Source of the DNA: an uncultured Clostridium sp.
Lineage (GTDB): Bacteria; Bacillota; Clostridia; TANB77; CAG-508
Assembly (NCBI GenBank): GCA_945946655.1
Contig: CAMEWM010000001.1
Coordinates: forward strand, 180,651 to 244,650
Direction: 5' to 3'
DNA length: 64,000 nt
Shown in pieces: positions 39,746 to 51,543 of the stretch. A program made the position numbers and the translations under genes. The notes under the pieces were generated by a model. The model did no database searches. It was not told the DNA's origin and saw only the letters and a list, made by a program, of their open reading frames with translations. Positions within the stretch are counted from its first letter, which is position 1; every line of letters begins with the position of its first letter.

Positions 39746-42700
39746 TTATTCATCATCGTCATCATTAAAATCTTCATCTTCTAAGATGTTTGAATCATCA
39801 TCTAGTATGATATCATCGTCTTCATCATCTAGGTCTTCAAATAATTTATCGTCTCCATCTTCAGAATCTTCGTCATCTGATGATTCTTCTGTATATCCAT
39901 CTGATAATTCGTTTTCATCTATAACACTATCTTCATTAAATGATTTATTCTCTATATTACTAAAGCTTGTAGAGTCTTCAATATCTTCTTTTAATTCTAT
40001 TTCCTTGTCATCATGAGTATACAATCTAATGTCTAATCCTAATGCCTCTAATTCTTTTACTAGAACTTTAAATCCTTCTGGCACACCTGGTTCTGGAATA
40101 TTTTCACCTTTAACAATAGCTTCATATGTCTTAACACGTCCTACAACATCATCTGATTTAACAGTTAACATTTCTTGTAGTGAATATGCTGCGCCATATG
40201 CTTCTAGTGCCCAAACTTCCATTTCACCAAAACGTTGTCCACCAAATTGTGCTTTACCACCTAGTGGTTGTTGTGTAACTAATGAGTATGGTCCTGTTGA
40301 ACGAGCATGTATTTTATCATCAACCAAGTGATGTAATTTCATCATATACATAACACCAACTGTTATTGGCTTAATAAATTTTTCTCCAGTTCTACCGTCA
40401 TACAAATCAGTTTTACCATCTCTACGTAATCCTGCTTCTTCTAATAAGTCTTCTATTTCGTAGTCTTTTGCACCATCAAATACTGGTGTTGCAACTTTCC
40501 ATCCTAATGCACGAGCAGCCATTCCTAAATGAACTTCAAGAACCTGTCCTAAGTTCATACGAGAAGGAATACCCATTGGGTTTAGTACTATATCTACTGG
40601 AGTACCATCTGGTAAGAATGGCATATCTTCTTCTGGTAATATTCTTGAAATAACACCTTTGTTACCATGACGTCCAGCCATTTTATCACCAACTGATATT
40701 TTTCTCTTTGTAGCTATATAGCATCTAATTACTTGGTTTACTCCAGGAGCTAATTCTTCTGAATTTTCTCTAGTAAATATTTTTATATCTACTATTGTTC
40801 CAGCTTCTCCATGAGGTACACGAAGTGAAGTATCTCTTACTTCTCTTGATTTTTCTCCAAATATAGCACGAAGTAGTCTTTCTTCTGCTGTTAGCTCTGT
40901 TTCTCCTTTTGGAGTAACCTTACCAACTAATATATCTCCAGGTCTTACTTCTGCACCAATTCTTATGATACCATTTTCATCAAGATCTTTTAATACATCA
41001 TCACCAACATTTGGTATATCTCTTGTAATTTCCTCTGGTCCTAATTTTGTATCACGACATTCACAATCATATTCTTCAATATGAATTGATGTATATACAT
41101 CTTCTTTTACTAGTCTTTCACTAATTAAAACAGCATCTTCATAGTTGTAACCTTCCCATGTAGAAAATGCAATAAGTACGTTTTTACCTAGTGCCATTTC
41201 ACCATTTTGAGTAGAAGGTCCATCAGCTAAAATATCTCCTGCTTTAACAACTTCTCCTCTTTGAACAACAGGTCTTTGGTTAATACATGTTCCACCATTT
41301 GTTCTCTTAAATTTGCGTAGTTTATATACATCTACTTCATTCTTTTTATTTCTTACTTTAATCTCGTCTGCTGTTACTTTCTCTACGATTCCATCATTAT
41401 TTGCTGTTACTGTAATTTCAGAATCACGAGCAGCTTTGTATTCCATACCTGTTCCAACTATTGGAGCTTCTGGAATTAAAAGTGGAACAGCTTGTCTTTG
41501 CATGTTAGATCCCATTAGAGAACGCTTAACGTCATCATGCTCCAAGAAAGGAATCATGGCAGCGGCAACAGAAACTAATTGTTTTGGAGATACATCTACG
41601 TAGTCTACTTGACTTGCAGGCACCTCTGTAATTTCTTCTTTATGCCTAACTTTTATTGTTTTATTTATAAATTTGCCATCTTTATCCACTGGCTCTGAAG
41701 CTTGCGCTATTATGTATTTGTCTTCTTCATCTGCTGGCATATATTCTACTATGTCTGTTAGCTTTCCTGTCTCTTTATCTACTTTTCTGTATGGAGTTTC
41801 TACAAATCCATATTCATCTATCATTGCAAATGATGAAAGTGCAGATATAAGTCCTATGTTTGGTCCTTCTGGAGATTCAACTGGGCAAAGTCTTCCATAG
41901 TGAGTATAGTGAATATCACGAACTTCAAATCCAGCTCTTTCTCTTGAAAGTCCTCCAGGTCCTAATGCTGAAATTCTTCTTTTATGAGTAAGCTCTGATA
42001 ATGGATTTGTTTGATCCATAAATTGTGATAATTGAGAGCTTCCAAAAAATTCTCTTATTGAAGATGTTATAGGCTTTGTATTTATTAATGTTTGTGGAGT
42101 TACAGAATCTAAGTCTTGAATTGTCATTCTTTCACGAACAACTCTTTCTAATCTTGTTAAGCCAATTCTAAATTGATTTTGTAACAGTTCTCCAACACAT
42201 CTAATACGTCTATTTCCTAGATGATCTATGTCATCTACATTTCCAATACCATAATCTAAGTTTAACAAATAACTTATTGATGCTACCATATCCTCCGTTG
42301 TTATCGTTAAAGGTACTAGCTCATCATGTCTTTCTTTTAATACATCATGTAATTTTTCATCAGGTGTAGTATCCATTATAGATTTTAATACATTATAATT
42401 TACACCTTCTTTAAAATGTAAGTCACTTAAATCCACATTTGGTAACATTTTGTGGATATTTACAACTCCATTTCCTATTATTCTTACTTTTGTATCATTT
42501 ACATTTACATCAACAATATTTATTCCAGAATCTTGAATAGCTTCTGCCATTTCTTCTGTAATTTTAGCACCTTTCTCGGCTAAAACTTCTCCTGTTGATG
42601 GATCTATTATATCATCATATGCAACTTGTCCCGTAATTCTTGTTGCAAGCTTTAATTTTTTGTTAAATTTATATCTTCCCACTTTAGCTAAGTCATATCT

Positions 42701-43489
42701 TCTGTTATCGAAGAATAAACCATCGAATAAGTTTCTAGCAGCATCTGCTGTAGGAAGTTCCCCTGGTCTTAATTTCTTATATATTTCTATTATTGCTTCA
42801 TCTTGTGTCTTTATTGGATCTTTATCAAGTGTTGCTTTAATCTTTGGATCATTTGCAAATAAGTCTAATATTTGATCATCTGTTGTGAATCCAATACTTC
42901 TTAATAATGACGTAACTGGCAACTTTCTTGTTCTATCTACTCTTACATAGAAAATATCATTACCATCTGTTTCATATTCTAGCCATGCACCTCTTATTGG
43001 CATAACAGTAGATGTATAGATTCTCTTACCTGTCTTATCGTAGTCTTGTGCATAATAACAAGATGGAGAACGAACTAATTGACTTACAATTACTCTTTCT
43101 GCTCCATTAATAATAAATGTTGCACTATCTGTCATTACAGGAAAATCTCCTAAATAAATTTCTTGCTCCTTAATTTCTCCTGTTTCTTTGTTAATTAATC
43201 TTACTTTTACGTGTAGTCTTGTAGAATAAGTTGCGTCTCTTTCTTTAGCTTCTTCCATTGTGTACTTTGTCTTATCTTCCATGTGATAATCCAAGAATTC
43301 TAACACTAGATTTCCAGAGTAATCAACTATAGGCGAAATATCCCTTAATACTTCACCTAAACCTTCCTCTATAAACCAATTGTAGGAATCTTTTTGCACT
43401 TGGATTAAGTTAGGCATTTCTATAAAATCGCCTATCTTAGAAAAAGTTTTTCTTGTGCATTTTTCGTGTTTTACTTCCTTTAGATTCAA
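39746..43489 (-). CDS. rpoB: RNA polymerase beta subunit
   Basis: [39 protein letters not shown]; acidic C-terminal tail. Confidence 0.99.
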   Translation of the reverse strand: MNLKEVKHEKCTRKTFSKIGDFIEMPNLIQVQKDSYNWFIEEGLGEVLRDISPIVDYSGNLVLEFLDYHMEDKTKYTMEEAKERDATYSTRLHVKVRLINKETGEIKEQEIYLGDFPVMTDSATFIINGAERVIVSQLVRSPSCYYAQDYDKTGKRIYTSTVMPIRGAWLEYETDGNDIFYVRVDRTRKLPVTSLLRSIGFTTDDQILDLFANDPKIKATLDKDPIKTQDEAIIEIYKKLRPGELPTADAARNLFDGLFFDNRRYDLAKVGRYKFNKKLKLATRITGQVAYDDIIDPSTGEVLAEKGAKITEEMAEAIQDSGINIVDVNVNDTKVRIIGNGVVNIHKMLPNVDLSDLHFKEGVNYNVLKSIMDTTPDEKLHDVLKERHDELVPLTITTEDMVASISYLLNLDYGIGNVDDIDHLGNRRIRCVGELLQNQFRIGLTRLERVVRERMTIQDLDSVTPQTLINTKPITSSIREFFGSSQLSQFMDQTNPLSELTHKRRISALGPGGLSRERAGFEVRDIHYTHYGRLCPVESPEGPNIGLISALSSFAMIDEYGFVETPYRKVDKETGKLTDIVEYMPADEEDKYIIAQASEPVDKDGKFINKTIKVRHKEEITEVPASQVDYVDVSPKQLVSVAAAMIPFLEHDDVKRSLMGSNMQRQAVPLLIPEAPIVGTGMEYKAARDSEITVTANNDGIVEKVTADEIKVRNKKNEVDVYKLRKFKRTNGGTCINQRPVVQRGEVVKAGDILADGPSTQNGEMALGKNVLIAFSTWEGYNYEDAVLISERLVKEDVYTSIHIEEYDCECRDTKLGPEEITRDIPNVGDDVLKDLDENGIIRIGAEVRPGDILVGKVTPKGETELTAEERLLRAIFGEKSREVRDTSLRVPHGEAGTIVDIKIFTRENSEELAPGVNQVIRCYIATKRKISVGDKMAGRHGNKGVISRILPEEDMPFLPDGTPVDIVLNPMGIPSRMNLGQVLEVHLGMAARALGWKVATPVFDGAKDYEIEDLLEEAGLRRDGKTDLYDGRTGEKFIKPITVGVMYMMKLHHLVDDKIHARSTGPYSLVTQQPLGGKAQFGGQRFGEMEVWALEAYGAAYSLQEMLTVKSDDVVGRVKTYEAIVKGENIPEPGVPEGFKVLVKELEALGLDIRLYTHDDKEIELKEDIEDSTSFSNIENKSFNEDSVIDENELSDGYTEESSDDEDSEDGDDKLFEDLDDEDDDIILDDDSNILEDEDFNDDDDE

Positions 43490-43839
43490 AGTTACTCACC
43501 TCATATAAAAAATTAAAGCAGAATTAAATATATAACGATTTCAAAAAAGTCCCTCTTGCTATTGGCTTCTTTTCGGATACTTAGAATTCACTGCTCCTTT
43601 AATTCTTTTTTCCGTAAGTGTAACCAAAACAATTCCTCTTTTTTGATAATTTACATAGCATAAAAAAGACAACAAAAAAGCTATTGGCAACTTTCTTTTG
43701 TTTTGCCAATTAGATTAATTGTGTTTTATTTGGTATAATTTTTACTTAACTTTTTTATATTAACCACCCTTACTATCTCCTGGAGATTAATAAATTTCAT
43801 TTTTGTTGATATTAATCCATAATATCAAATAGTATATTT

Positions 43840-43869
43840 ATTATACAATTTTTATATTAATTATGTCAA
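43840..43869 (-). promoter_or_regulatory. sigmaA promoter of rpoBC
   Basis: TTGACA-N18-TATAAT, about 350 nt upstream of the rpoB start. Confidence 0.65.
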
Positions 43870-43945
43870 TAGATTTTTTTAATTTTTTAATGATAATTTA
43901 TAAAAAAGTGAGAGCATTAAAATATTACGGCTCTCACATATTTTT

Positions 43946-45835
43946 TTATTTATTAGCAACTGTTAATTTTAAGTCTTTCTCATCTAATTTTAGTAAAATG
44001 CCAGCCCATTTATAATTAGTCTGATCTTCTCCAACTATCTTGTCAAGGGCTTCCAATGCTTTATTATCTAAAAGTTCACCATATTGACTTAAAAATTCAT
44101 TATCAACAGACATTATATATACATAATCATATGATTCATTTATCAATTTTTCCATATACTCATCTTTAGTTATTTTATATTGATAATATTTATATTCATC
44201 ACTATTGATTACCCCCCATTCATATAATAAATTAGTTTTTATCGGACTTATTGAATATCTTAATTGCATAAATCCGTAACCGCCGTCTAAGCTCTTATCT
44301 ACTATATAAATTTTTTCATCTTCTTCTACAAAATTTAATATTTGGTTTGTTGCCTTTTCAATATTACCCTCTATATGCGCTCTTCTTAATTCATATGAGT
44401 CAAATACAGATTTATCTATATTAATTCCACACATTATGGTTATTATTGTTACAAGAATAATAGATTCATAATCACTATCATCTAATATAAAATACACTAG
44501 GTCCAAATTCATTGCGATTAAGTATATTGCTATATATCTTTCAAAGCCCATAAGTGTAATGCCTTGATAATCATTAAAGGTAAACATAAATATAAATAGT
44601 ATTGATAATAAATAAAGTCCAAATCCTAAATTTGTCGCAAATATATAGATAAACTTCCTAGCTTTTTCTTTATTTGTTATCATATAGATTGCATAGATTA
44701 TATTTGATATTATCAGTATTTCTACAGTTGTATTCATATTTCTTATTCCGATTATTTCCTTATGGAATAACCCGTAGACAAAGCTATCTCGTATTATAAT
44801 ATGTTTATTGTTCTCTTTTTCATTTCCAGCCATCACTTTTATAAAATTTATAAAGCTATCTTTTTCTAAAAAATACTGGTCATGTACGGCATCCATCTCT
44901 TTACCATTAATTTGGCAGTATAAGCTCCACGAAAAATACGCAATTACAACAGCACACAACATATATAGTATCGGCAAATATTGTTTTAAAATTGCTTTCT
45001 TATTACTTTCTCTTTTGTTTTCATAAACTACTTTTAATGATACTTCTAATATCACAATGCCAGCGAATAATATTCCATTCGTTTTTATCAAAGTCATGGA
45101 TATTAAAATCATAATCAATATAACATATTCTTTTTTACTTTTTATTTTATAGGCATATATCATTGCAATTGCAAATATTATTGCTTGTAAGCAATCTGTA
45201 TTTAGATTTGCAACATCCATTCCAAATAGTGAAATCAATATATATGAAAAAGCATACGTTAATATAATTTTTAAGACAGATTTAAGGCTATATTTTTCAT
45301 CTTTTAATATTAATAGAGGAAACGTAGCAATTAATCCAATTAATGCAAAATAGCATGTTCCTTCATCAAAGCCTCCATGTATTTTACATAACATATATTC
45401 AAACACTGCTGTAAATGGCGGATAAACAATATGCACACCATCCTGCATTTTATCTGCCCATAACGTATTTTTATAAAACATTGCTTTTGCATTAGTTCCC
45501 CAGAACATAAATTCATCATAATGAGTAAAAGCTACATTTTTAAAGAAATAATATATAAAAGTTAATATTCCTATATAAAAAAGTGTTGGCAAAGTAAAAA
45601 TTTCTTTTATTTGTATTCTTTGTCTATTTTCAATTAAATATTTGAAAGCAATTATAAATGTTACAATTAGTGCAAAAACAAATAAATACATAAAGCTTAA
45701 TAGTCCCAATATATATGTCATCAAAATTATGGCTATTATAATTGATACAATTGCTTCTTCCATTCTTATATTAAATTTCATTTTCACAGCAGCACTGCAT
45801 ACTAATACAAATATCAAAAATATTAATAATGTCAT
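43946..45835 (-). CDS. Polytopic membrane protein, possible GT-C-fold glycosyltransferase
   Basis: More than 10 TM segments, loop with HYDEFMFWG and YPP, late ERY motif, soluble C-terminal domain. Confidence 0.55.
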   Translation of the reverse strand: MTLLIFLIFVLVCSAAVKMKFNIRMEEAIVSIIIAIILMTYILGLLSFMYLFVFALIVTFIIAFKYLIENRQRIQIKEIFTLPTLFYIGILTFIYYFFKNVAFTHYDEFMFWGTNAKAMFYKNTLWADKMQDGVHIVYPPFTAVFEYMLCKIHGGFDEGTCYFALIGLIATFPLLILKDEKYSLKSVLKIILTYAFSYILISLFGMDVANLNTDCLQAIIFAIAMIYAYKIKSKKEYVILIMILISMTLIKTNGILFAGIVILEVSLKVVYENKRESNKKAILKQYLPILYMLCAVVIAYFSWSLYCQINGKEMDAVHDQYFLEKDSFINFIKVMAGNEKENNKHIIIRDSFVYGLFHKEIIGIRNMNTTVEILIISNIIYAIYMITNKEKARKFIYIFATNLGFGLYLLSILFIFMFTFNDYQGITLMGFERYIAIYLIAMNLDLVYFILDDSDYESIILVTIITIMCGINIDKSVFDSYELRRAHIEGNIEKATNQILNFVEEDEKIYIVDKSLDGGYGFMQLRYSISPIKTNLLYEWGVINSDEYKYYQYKITKDEYMEKLINESYDYVYIMSVDNEFLSQYGELLDNKALEALDKIVGEDQTNYKWAGILLKLDEKDLKLTVANK

Positions 45836-46021
45836 GTCTCTTCCCTTATAATTTTCAAGTATTGCTTATATAAAAAATATATATTTATCACTGAATAAGT
45901 TTTTATGTTATTTCATAAATATATTCTTTCATTTTTACTTATAATATAATACATTCTCTTGAAAATCAACACAGTTTATTCTTTGTTATATAATCTATAT
46001 ACTCAACTTTTTCAAAAAGAA

Positions 46022-46053
46022 AATAACCACAAGGTTTTATCCCTTATGGTTAT
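46022..46053 (-). terminator. Intrinsic terminator
   Basis: AATAACCAcAAGG...CCTTaTGGTTATT followed by a T run on the minus strand. Confidence 0.65.
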
Positions 46054-46067
46054 TCTTATTTATGATA

Positions 46068-49000
46068 CTATTTTCTCTTTTTTAGTACCACTATTGTTAT
46101 AATAATACCTGCTATTAAGATTACTGCAACTGCAGTTCCTAGTATGTAGTAAATATATTGTTGTCCAAATGGTGGTAGTATTACAACTTCTTGTGAATCG
46201 TCTGCATCAATTTCTTGAGGCTCTATTGTTGGATCTTGGTTTCCAACTACTGAGTATGACATTCTTCTACCAACATCATTCTTTGTCGTTACAAGCTCTG
46301 TCATGTTGTTATATATTCTGTCATCACTATCACTATCTTGAGTAATCATTTGAGATAATATTAATTGTACTCCACTAACACTGTTTGTGTTGTTTACTAC
46401 CTCTAGAGCATGTAATGGGTCATCATTAAATGCATTTTTGATTGTATTTTCTACTTTTGCTTGGTCTGCAATAATTGGGATTAATCCTTTTGATGCTTTA
46501 TCTGTTATAACAATGTGACCATCAGTGTACTTTTCAACATTTGCTTGTAATTTGTTATTTAATAAACTTCTATTTAATAATTCGGTGCTAGAGATTACTG
46601 ACCAGTCTGGATTTTGTTGTTGATTAAATTGTAGATTGTTTCTAGTAGCTGTCTTATCATCATTTGATGTGTAGTCATGTACTTGAGTTCCAACATAATC
46701 CACTAACATTCTTGGGTCTGTTTTTACTATCGTACTAGCATCCCCAACTTTTCCTGTATAGTAGAATTTATTTTCATTGTAATCTACTTCTCCAACATTT
46801 GCTACAGTTATAGCATATGTTATTTGAATTGTTGAACCATGCATTAACTCCTCATCCATTGTAAGTTGTACTTTACCTTTATTGGTAGATTGTTGTCTTA
46901 CTATTGGATTTTTCATCATACTGTTGTCATAATTATTGTTTGTTTTATAAGTATTTTGTGTATCCTGTCCATGTGCTGTATGTGGTATCCATAGAACATT
47001 TGTAGCTTTATTTGATGCGTCAAATAATACGCTACCATTTGCAAGAGTTAATTTTACGTTAGTAATTTGTTTTGTTACTTTTAATTGAGCTTTTGGTCTT
47101 TGTTCTAGCCCTAAATCTAGATCTTTTAATACATAGTATCCACACATTTCGTAGTTTGAAGAACCTATATTATCATGTCCGCTATCGCTTGTATTAGTAT
47201 AGTTGTCTTCTGCACCAGTTCTGTTATACTCAAAGTTTACATCTATAGTTCCTGACTCAGAAATCATATATGTATTCTTCATAAATTGATCTAGTAGGTT
47301 TTTCATTTCTGTTGCATTATATTTTGTATAGTTGTATTCAGGTATATGTTCATATGAGGATAATATTTCAGCTTTACTGTTTATCTCGTCTCCATTTGAA
47401 TATTCTTCAACTTGTTTTCTAGAATTTGCACAATCAACTAAGTATTCTGCTTTTGGTGCAATATTGATTACATTATCACTCTTCTTATTCATTATATCCT
47501 TAGCATCTGAATATAATCCTCCATCTGCTGCGCTAAAGTTATAAGTATATGAAGTTGTTGAGTTATTTTCATATGCACCTGTTCCATTATCTATACCAAC
47601 TTGGTATGATGTAGATTTATAATCTTGACCATTATATGAATTCTTATTTAATCCAATATTTTCATTAGTAGCAGAGTATCCATTGTCTCCAGATCTCTTC
47701 TTGTATCCGCTTACATCTGAGTCATATAGATCTGTTACTGGATTTGGATCTTCATTTCCGTTATTATAGTTTGTATATGTTGTTCCTAATACTGAGCTTT
47801 CTCCTGATCCATATATAAATCTTATGATGTAATTACCCGGTGCGAAAGATGCAAATTTATATTTACCATTAGCATTGCTTGTGTCTATTGTATAGTTTTC
47901 TATTATTCCACTATTATTTATTATTGGCGAAATAGAATCCGTATTTCCTGAATAAACTTCTTTCCATATGTACTCGTATTTATTTCCATCTTTGCCATCT
48001 CTTATTTCTACTAATTGTACTCTTACTCCATTTATTCCTGTTTCACTATCTCTTAATCCGTTACCAACTTTTGCAAATTGTTCATCTTCTGTTCTTGAAT
48101 CTTCCCATACAGTTCCTTCCACTGTTCTTAAATTATCTCTATTTAAAATAATTCTAATGTTTGGTGCTTTATCTGTATCATTTTCAAAGTTATCATAATT
48201 AATCTTGCCATCTTTTGGTACATCATTTGGATTCAAGTTACCAGGCGTAGAGTTTGTATCAGCTATACCTGCTATATCTCCAGTAGCATATTCTTGTTGT
48301 GTTTGTGAATTCCCTGTATTTGGAGCATGTGCTTTTGTTCCATAATATGATTTGTAACCATTGATTTCTGCTATATTCTCTTTACCAACTCCATCAGGAG
48401 TAGCATTTGCTACATTTTCATCTAGTATGTTATTTCTATTTCCATCTTTATTTACTATAAATGTTACATAGAAGTATACATCTTTATTACTATCTGGGTC
48501 TGATAATGGTAATTCTCCTCCATTTGTTCCAGTTATATAAAGATTATTGTATCCACTGATAGATGTCTCTGTAGAATCGTTGTACTTACTAGAACCAGTT
48601 CCTTTGATTTCTCCTATCTTGTTTCCACCAGCATCACCTAAGTATGAACGTTCTGGTACAAATGTATAATCTTTATCATAGTAGTCAACAATTTCTGTTA
48701 CTTTTGCAGCAATTCCTTCTGATCTATTACGTATTGTATATTTATACGTTACATATATCTTCAATTCTGAGTCTGGTGTTAATCCAAGATTGTCTAATGT
48801 TGTTTGAGGATCTCCTTCCATCACATAGTTATCAATCTTGTAATCATAGTCTTCTCTATATAACTCTCTTGAATACTCATAGTTATAATATCCGTCAGAA
48901 ATTCTCGTTTGAATTTCCCAATAAGAGTTACCATTCGCGTCTGTTTCCAAGCCTTCTCTCTTATTATATTTATAAACTTGTGTCTTACCATTTATTTCTA

Positions 49001-51530
49001 GTGTTGCTTTATAAACATCTTTTCTTAAGGCTAAATCTACTAATTCTCTTAGTACATATCCTTGATTAATATGATGCATATAATCTGGATTTCCATATAA
49101 AATCTCTACCACTTTAGATTCTATAAATGTTAAAACTTGTTGAGTATTAGTAAGATTGTTTAAATAGTCATCAAGTACAAATACTTTAAATCCTGGATAT
49201 AAATCTTTTGTACTTGTTCCATTACATGTATATGAATCCATCATACTGTAATTTACATAAGCATCTGAAGATTTTCTATCTCCATTTGAATCAAGTCCTC
49301 CTGGAATATTACCGAATTCATCTATTAATCCAGCATCTTGAAGTTCTTGTCTTGTATGCATTTCACTAGCAGGTGTAAAGCCTACTGTATTTTCTTTAGC
49401 TGAGCCAATTTCTTCAAATCTCGCATTGAAGTCATCTCTATCTTTAAGTATATCTAATCCTTTTGATGTATTAGCCCAGTTAGGATCGTCTCTATTTACA
49501 TTGTATATTGTTGGTTGATAGTATTGTCCATTATATGTAAATTTTACATAGTATTGGTACATTGCATTTTGTTCTTTAAATAGATATTCTCCATTTGCAT
49601 CAGTTGTCATAGCTCCAATGAATTTACCATTTAAGTTTCCATTTAAATCATCTACTTGATATAAAGAAACTTTTACATTAGGCATAGGTGTATCTGTTGC
49701 AGTATTGAATATCCCATCATATGCATTTTCCTTACCTGCTGTGCCATCTACCCATACTTTTCCTCCTAATTCAAATGTTAAGTCTAATGGTCCGCCATTT
49801 CCTGAAGTTGTATATATAGAATAAGTTCTACTTCCATTCAAAGCAACTCTTTGTGGCTGAGCTCTAACATTGTCTACTGGATATTTGCTCATTTGCACCA
49901 TTGGTTGAAGAATCAATACACCTTTTTCTGAACAATTACTTTCAGTTATTCTTACTGTCTTTGACTCATCTGACCAAGTATGATAGTGCCCTCTTTTTTT
50001 CGAATAATGACAATGTCTCTTTTCGTAAGTATATTTAACTGAACCTATTCCCCATGCCATTCTCATTTGATGCTCTCCATCACCTGTTACATAACCAATA
50101 TATTGATATATATCAGCGTGAGATGCAAGGTCGTTATAATTTATAGTCGTCTTCTTTAAATATTCAAAATCACTATATATGTTTACTGATTTTGGATAAT
50201 TGGTTTTTTCTGCTGAGAATTTTATATAGAATTGAGTGTTTGGTGCAGGATATTTTTTTGTTAATCCGTTAGAACCTGATTTTATCTCTCCTGTACATTC
50301 TATAGAAAAGTCATCATGTGATTCATCATATATAAGTGTCTTTTCGTTTCCTGTTCCCTCATCTGTTTTAATATACATAGCCTTCATATATGATATATCA
50401 TCATAATAAGGATATGATATAGAAAGAGGTCCTATTATATAATTTTTAGTTTCTTGATTTACTATTACTTGTGCTTGAGAAGTATCTATAGTAGCAGTAT
50501 AAGAAGCTCCACTTGCATAAGTATTTACGAACTCTTGATACTTAATTGCTTGATCGAAAAGTTTTAATCCGTTTTCAGTTAAATGAGTTGATATTCCATC
50601 ATGGTCAACTTCTTTCCAGTGTGCTGTTTGTATATCAGATAGACTATACTTAGTATGTATTGAGGTATTATATGCATTTTCCATAGCGGTCAATATAAAT
50701 GCTAATCTATTATTTGTTGCTGTATATGATCCAACTTTTTTATATCCATCCTCTAGATTATCTGCCGTTTGCATAACGCAAACTTCTGGTCCAAATTCAA
50801 CATCACCATTCCAATCTTCTCTTGGCACGTCTGGATTTACTGACGTATCTTCGTTATCTGTAGGTTTATCCCATTCTCCTAATCCATCAAATATCTTTCC
50901 TACAAGTTCTCCAGATAATTTCATCGCCCACTGGTATCTAGCAGCATCTTCGTCTCCTGGTCTTACCATTGGAATAAGAGCTTCATCTTCTCTTATTGCA
51001 TATCTCTCAGGATAATCTTGTGGACCTGCGAATTGAACATAACTTATACTATAACTACTTGTGTCAATTGAAAAATTTCGAGTTGTTCCACTAAGATTGT
51101 TATAGCTTTCTTTTGCTAAATCATTTAAACATCTCTTCATTCTTTCTTCAAATGCCGGATATCCCCAAGCATCAGGGTCTCCATAGCCTACTTCGTCCAT
51201 ATAATGTTCTTCTTTATCTATCTTTCCAAATCTAACTGCTGTTCCAGAGTTAGCACAGAATACAGTTCCAGCACTAATATTTGTCGTCCATTCTGTATAT
51301 GGAAACTGTGTATCAGCACTTCCTGTAAACTGTCTGGTTTTTAATATTTGTGGCATTAATCCTGTTGGTGATGTACCTCCACGTTGAGGCATTCCACCAT
51401 TTTCGTCACCTTGCCAAACTCCATAAGCCCAAGATACGTTATTAATAAAGAGAATACTCATAACTAGCATAAATGCAGTTATTATTGCTATTTTTAAACT
51501 CTTACTAATCTTTTCTTTTTTCTTCATCAT
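46068..51530 (-). CDS. Large cell-wall-anchored adhesin (putative thioester domain, SdrD-B/CnaB-like domains)
   Basis: Signal peptide; VFC and QTAHW motifs; GKVWVD/GTVWED...TTDANGEYLF repeats; C-terminal LPPFG plus TM and KKRK; 1820 aa. Confidence 0.75.
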   Translation of the reverse strand: MMKKKEKISKSLKIAIITAFMLVMSILFINNVSWAYGVWQGDENGGMPQRGGTSPTGLMPQILKTRQFTGSADTQFPYTEWTTNISAGTVFCANSGTAVRFGKIDKEEHYMDEVGYGDPDAWGYPAFEERMKRCLNDLAKESYNNLSGTTRNFSIDTSSYSISYVQFAGPQDYPERYAIREDEALIPMVRPGDEDAARYQWAMKLSGELVGKIFDGLGEWDKPTDNEDTSVNPDVPREDWNGDVEFGPEVCVMQTADNLEDGYKKVGSYTATNNRLAFILTAMENAYNTSIHTKYSLSDIQTAHWKEVDHDGISTHLTENGLKLFDQAIKYQEFVNTYASGASYTATIDTSQAQVIVNQETKNYIIGPLSISYPYYDDISYMKAMYIKTDEGTGNEKTLIYDESHDDFSIECTGEIKSGSNGLTKKYPAPNTQFYIKFSAEKTNYPKSVNIYSDFEYLKKTTINYNDLASHADIYQYIGYVTGDGEHQMRMAWGIGSVKYTYEKRHCHYSKKRGHYHTWSDESKTVRITESNCSEKGVLILQPMVQMSKYPVDNVRAQPQRVALNGSRTYSIYTTSGNGGPLDLTFELGGKVWVDGTAGKENAYDGIFNTATDTPMPNVKVSLYQVDDLNGNLNGKFIGAMTTDANGEYLFKEQNAMYQYYVKFTYNGQYYQPTIYNVNRDDPNWANTSKGLDILKDRDDFNARFEEIGSAKENTVGFTPASEMHTRQELQDAGLIDEFGNIPGGLDSNGDRKSSDAYVNYSMMDSYTCNGTSTKDLYPGFKVFVLDDYLNNLTNTQQVLTFIESKVVEILYGNPDYMHHINQGYVLRELVDLALRKDVYKATLEINGKTQVYKYNKREGLETDANGNSYWEIQTRISDGYYNYEYSRELYREDYDYKIDNYVMEGDPQTTLDNLGLTPDSELKIYVTYKYTIRNRSEGIAAKVTEIVDYYDKDYTFVPERSYLGDAGGNKIGEIKGTGSSKYNDSTETSISGYNNLYITGTNGGELPLSDPDSNKDVYFYVTFIVNKDGNRNNILDENVANATPDGVGKENIAEINGYKSYYGTKAHAPNTGNSQTQQEYATGDIAGIADTNSTPGNLNPNDVPKDGKINYDNFENDTDKAPNIRIILNRDNLRTVEGTVWEDSRTEDEQFAKVGNGLRDSETGINGVRVQLVEIRDGKDGNKYEYIWKEVYSGNTDSISPIINNSGIIENYTIDTSNANGKYKFASFAPGNYIIRFIYGSGESSVLGTTYTNYNNGNEDPNPVTDLYDSDVSGYKKRSGDNGYSATNENIGLNKNSYNGQDYKSTSYQVGIDNGTGAYENNSTTSYTYNFSAADGGLYSDAKDIMNKKSDNVINIAPKAEYLVDCANSRKQVEEYSNGDEINSKAEILSSYEHIPEYNYTKYNATEMKNLLDQFMKNTYMISESGTIDVNFEYNRTGAEDNYTNTSDSGHDNIGSSNYEMCGYYVLKDLDLGLEQRPKAQLKVTKQITNVKLTLANGSVLFDASNKATNVLWIPHTAHGQDTQNTYKTNNNYDNSMMKNPIVRQQSTNKGKVQLTMDEELMHGSTIQITYAITVANVGEVDYNENKFYYTGKVGDASTIVKTDPRMLVDYVGTQVHDYTSNDDKTATRNNLQFNQQQNPDWSVISSTELLNRSLLNNKLQANVEKYTDGHIVITDKASKGLIPIIADQAKVENTIKNAFNDDPLHALEVVNNTNSVSGVQLILSQMITQDSDSDDRIYNNMTELVTTKNDVGRRMSYSVVGNQDPTIEPQEIDADDSQEVVILPPFGQQYIYYILGTAVAVILIAGIIITIVVLKKRK

Positions 51531-51543
51531 ATCTACCTCCTTT

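Noticed and set aside
39746-40000. Asp/Glu-rich repeat-like tail of RpoB
   Set aside because: Low-complexity acidic tails are common on clostridial RpoB; not a tandem repeat or insertion element.
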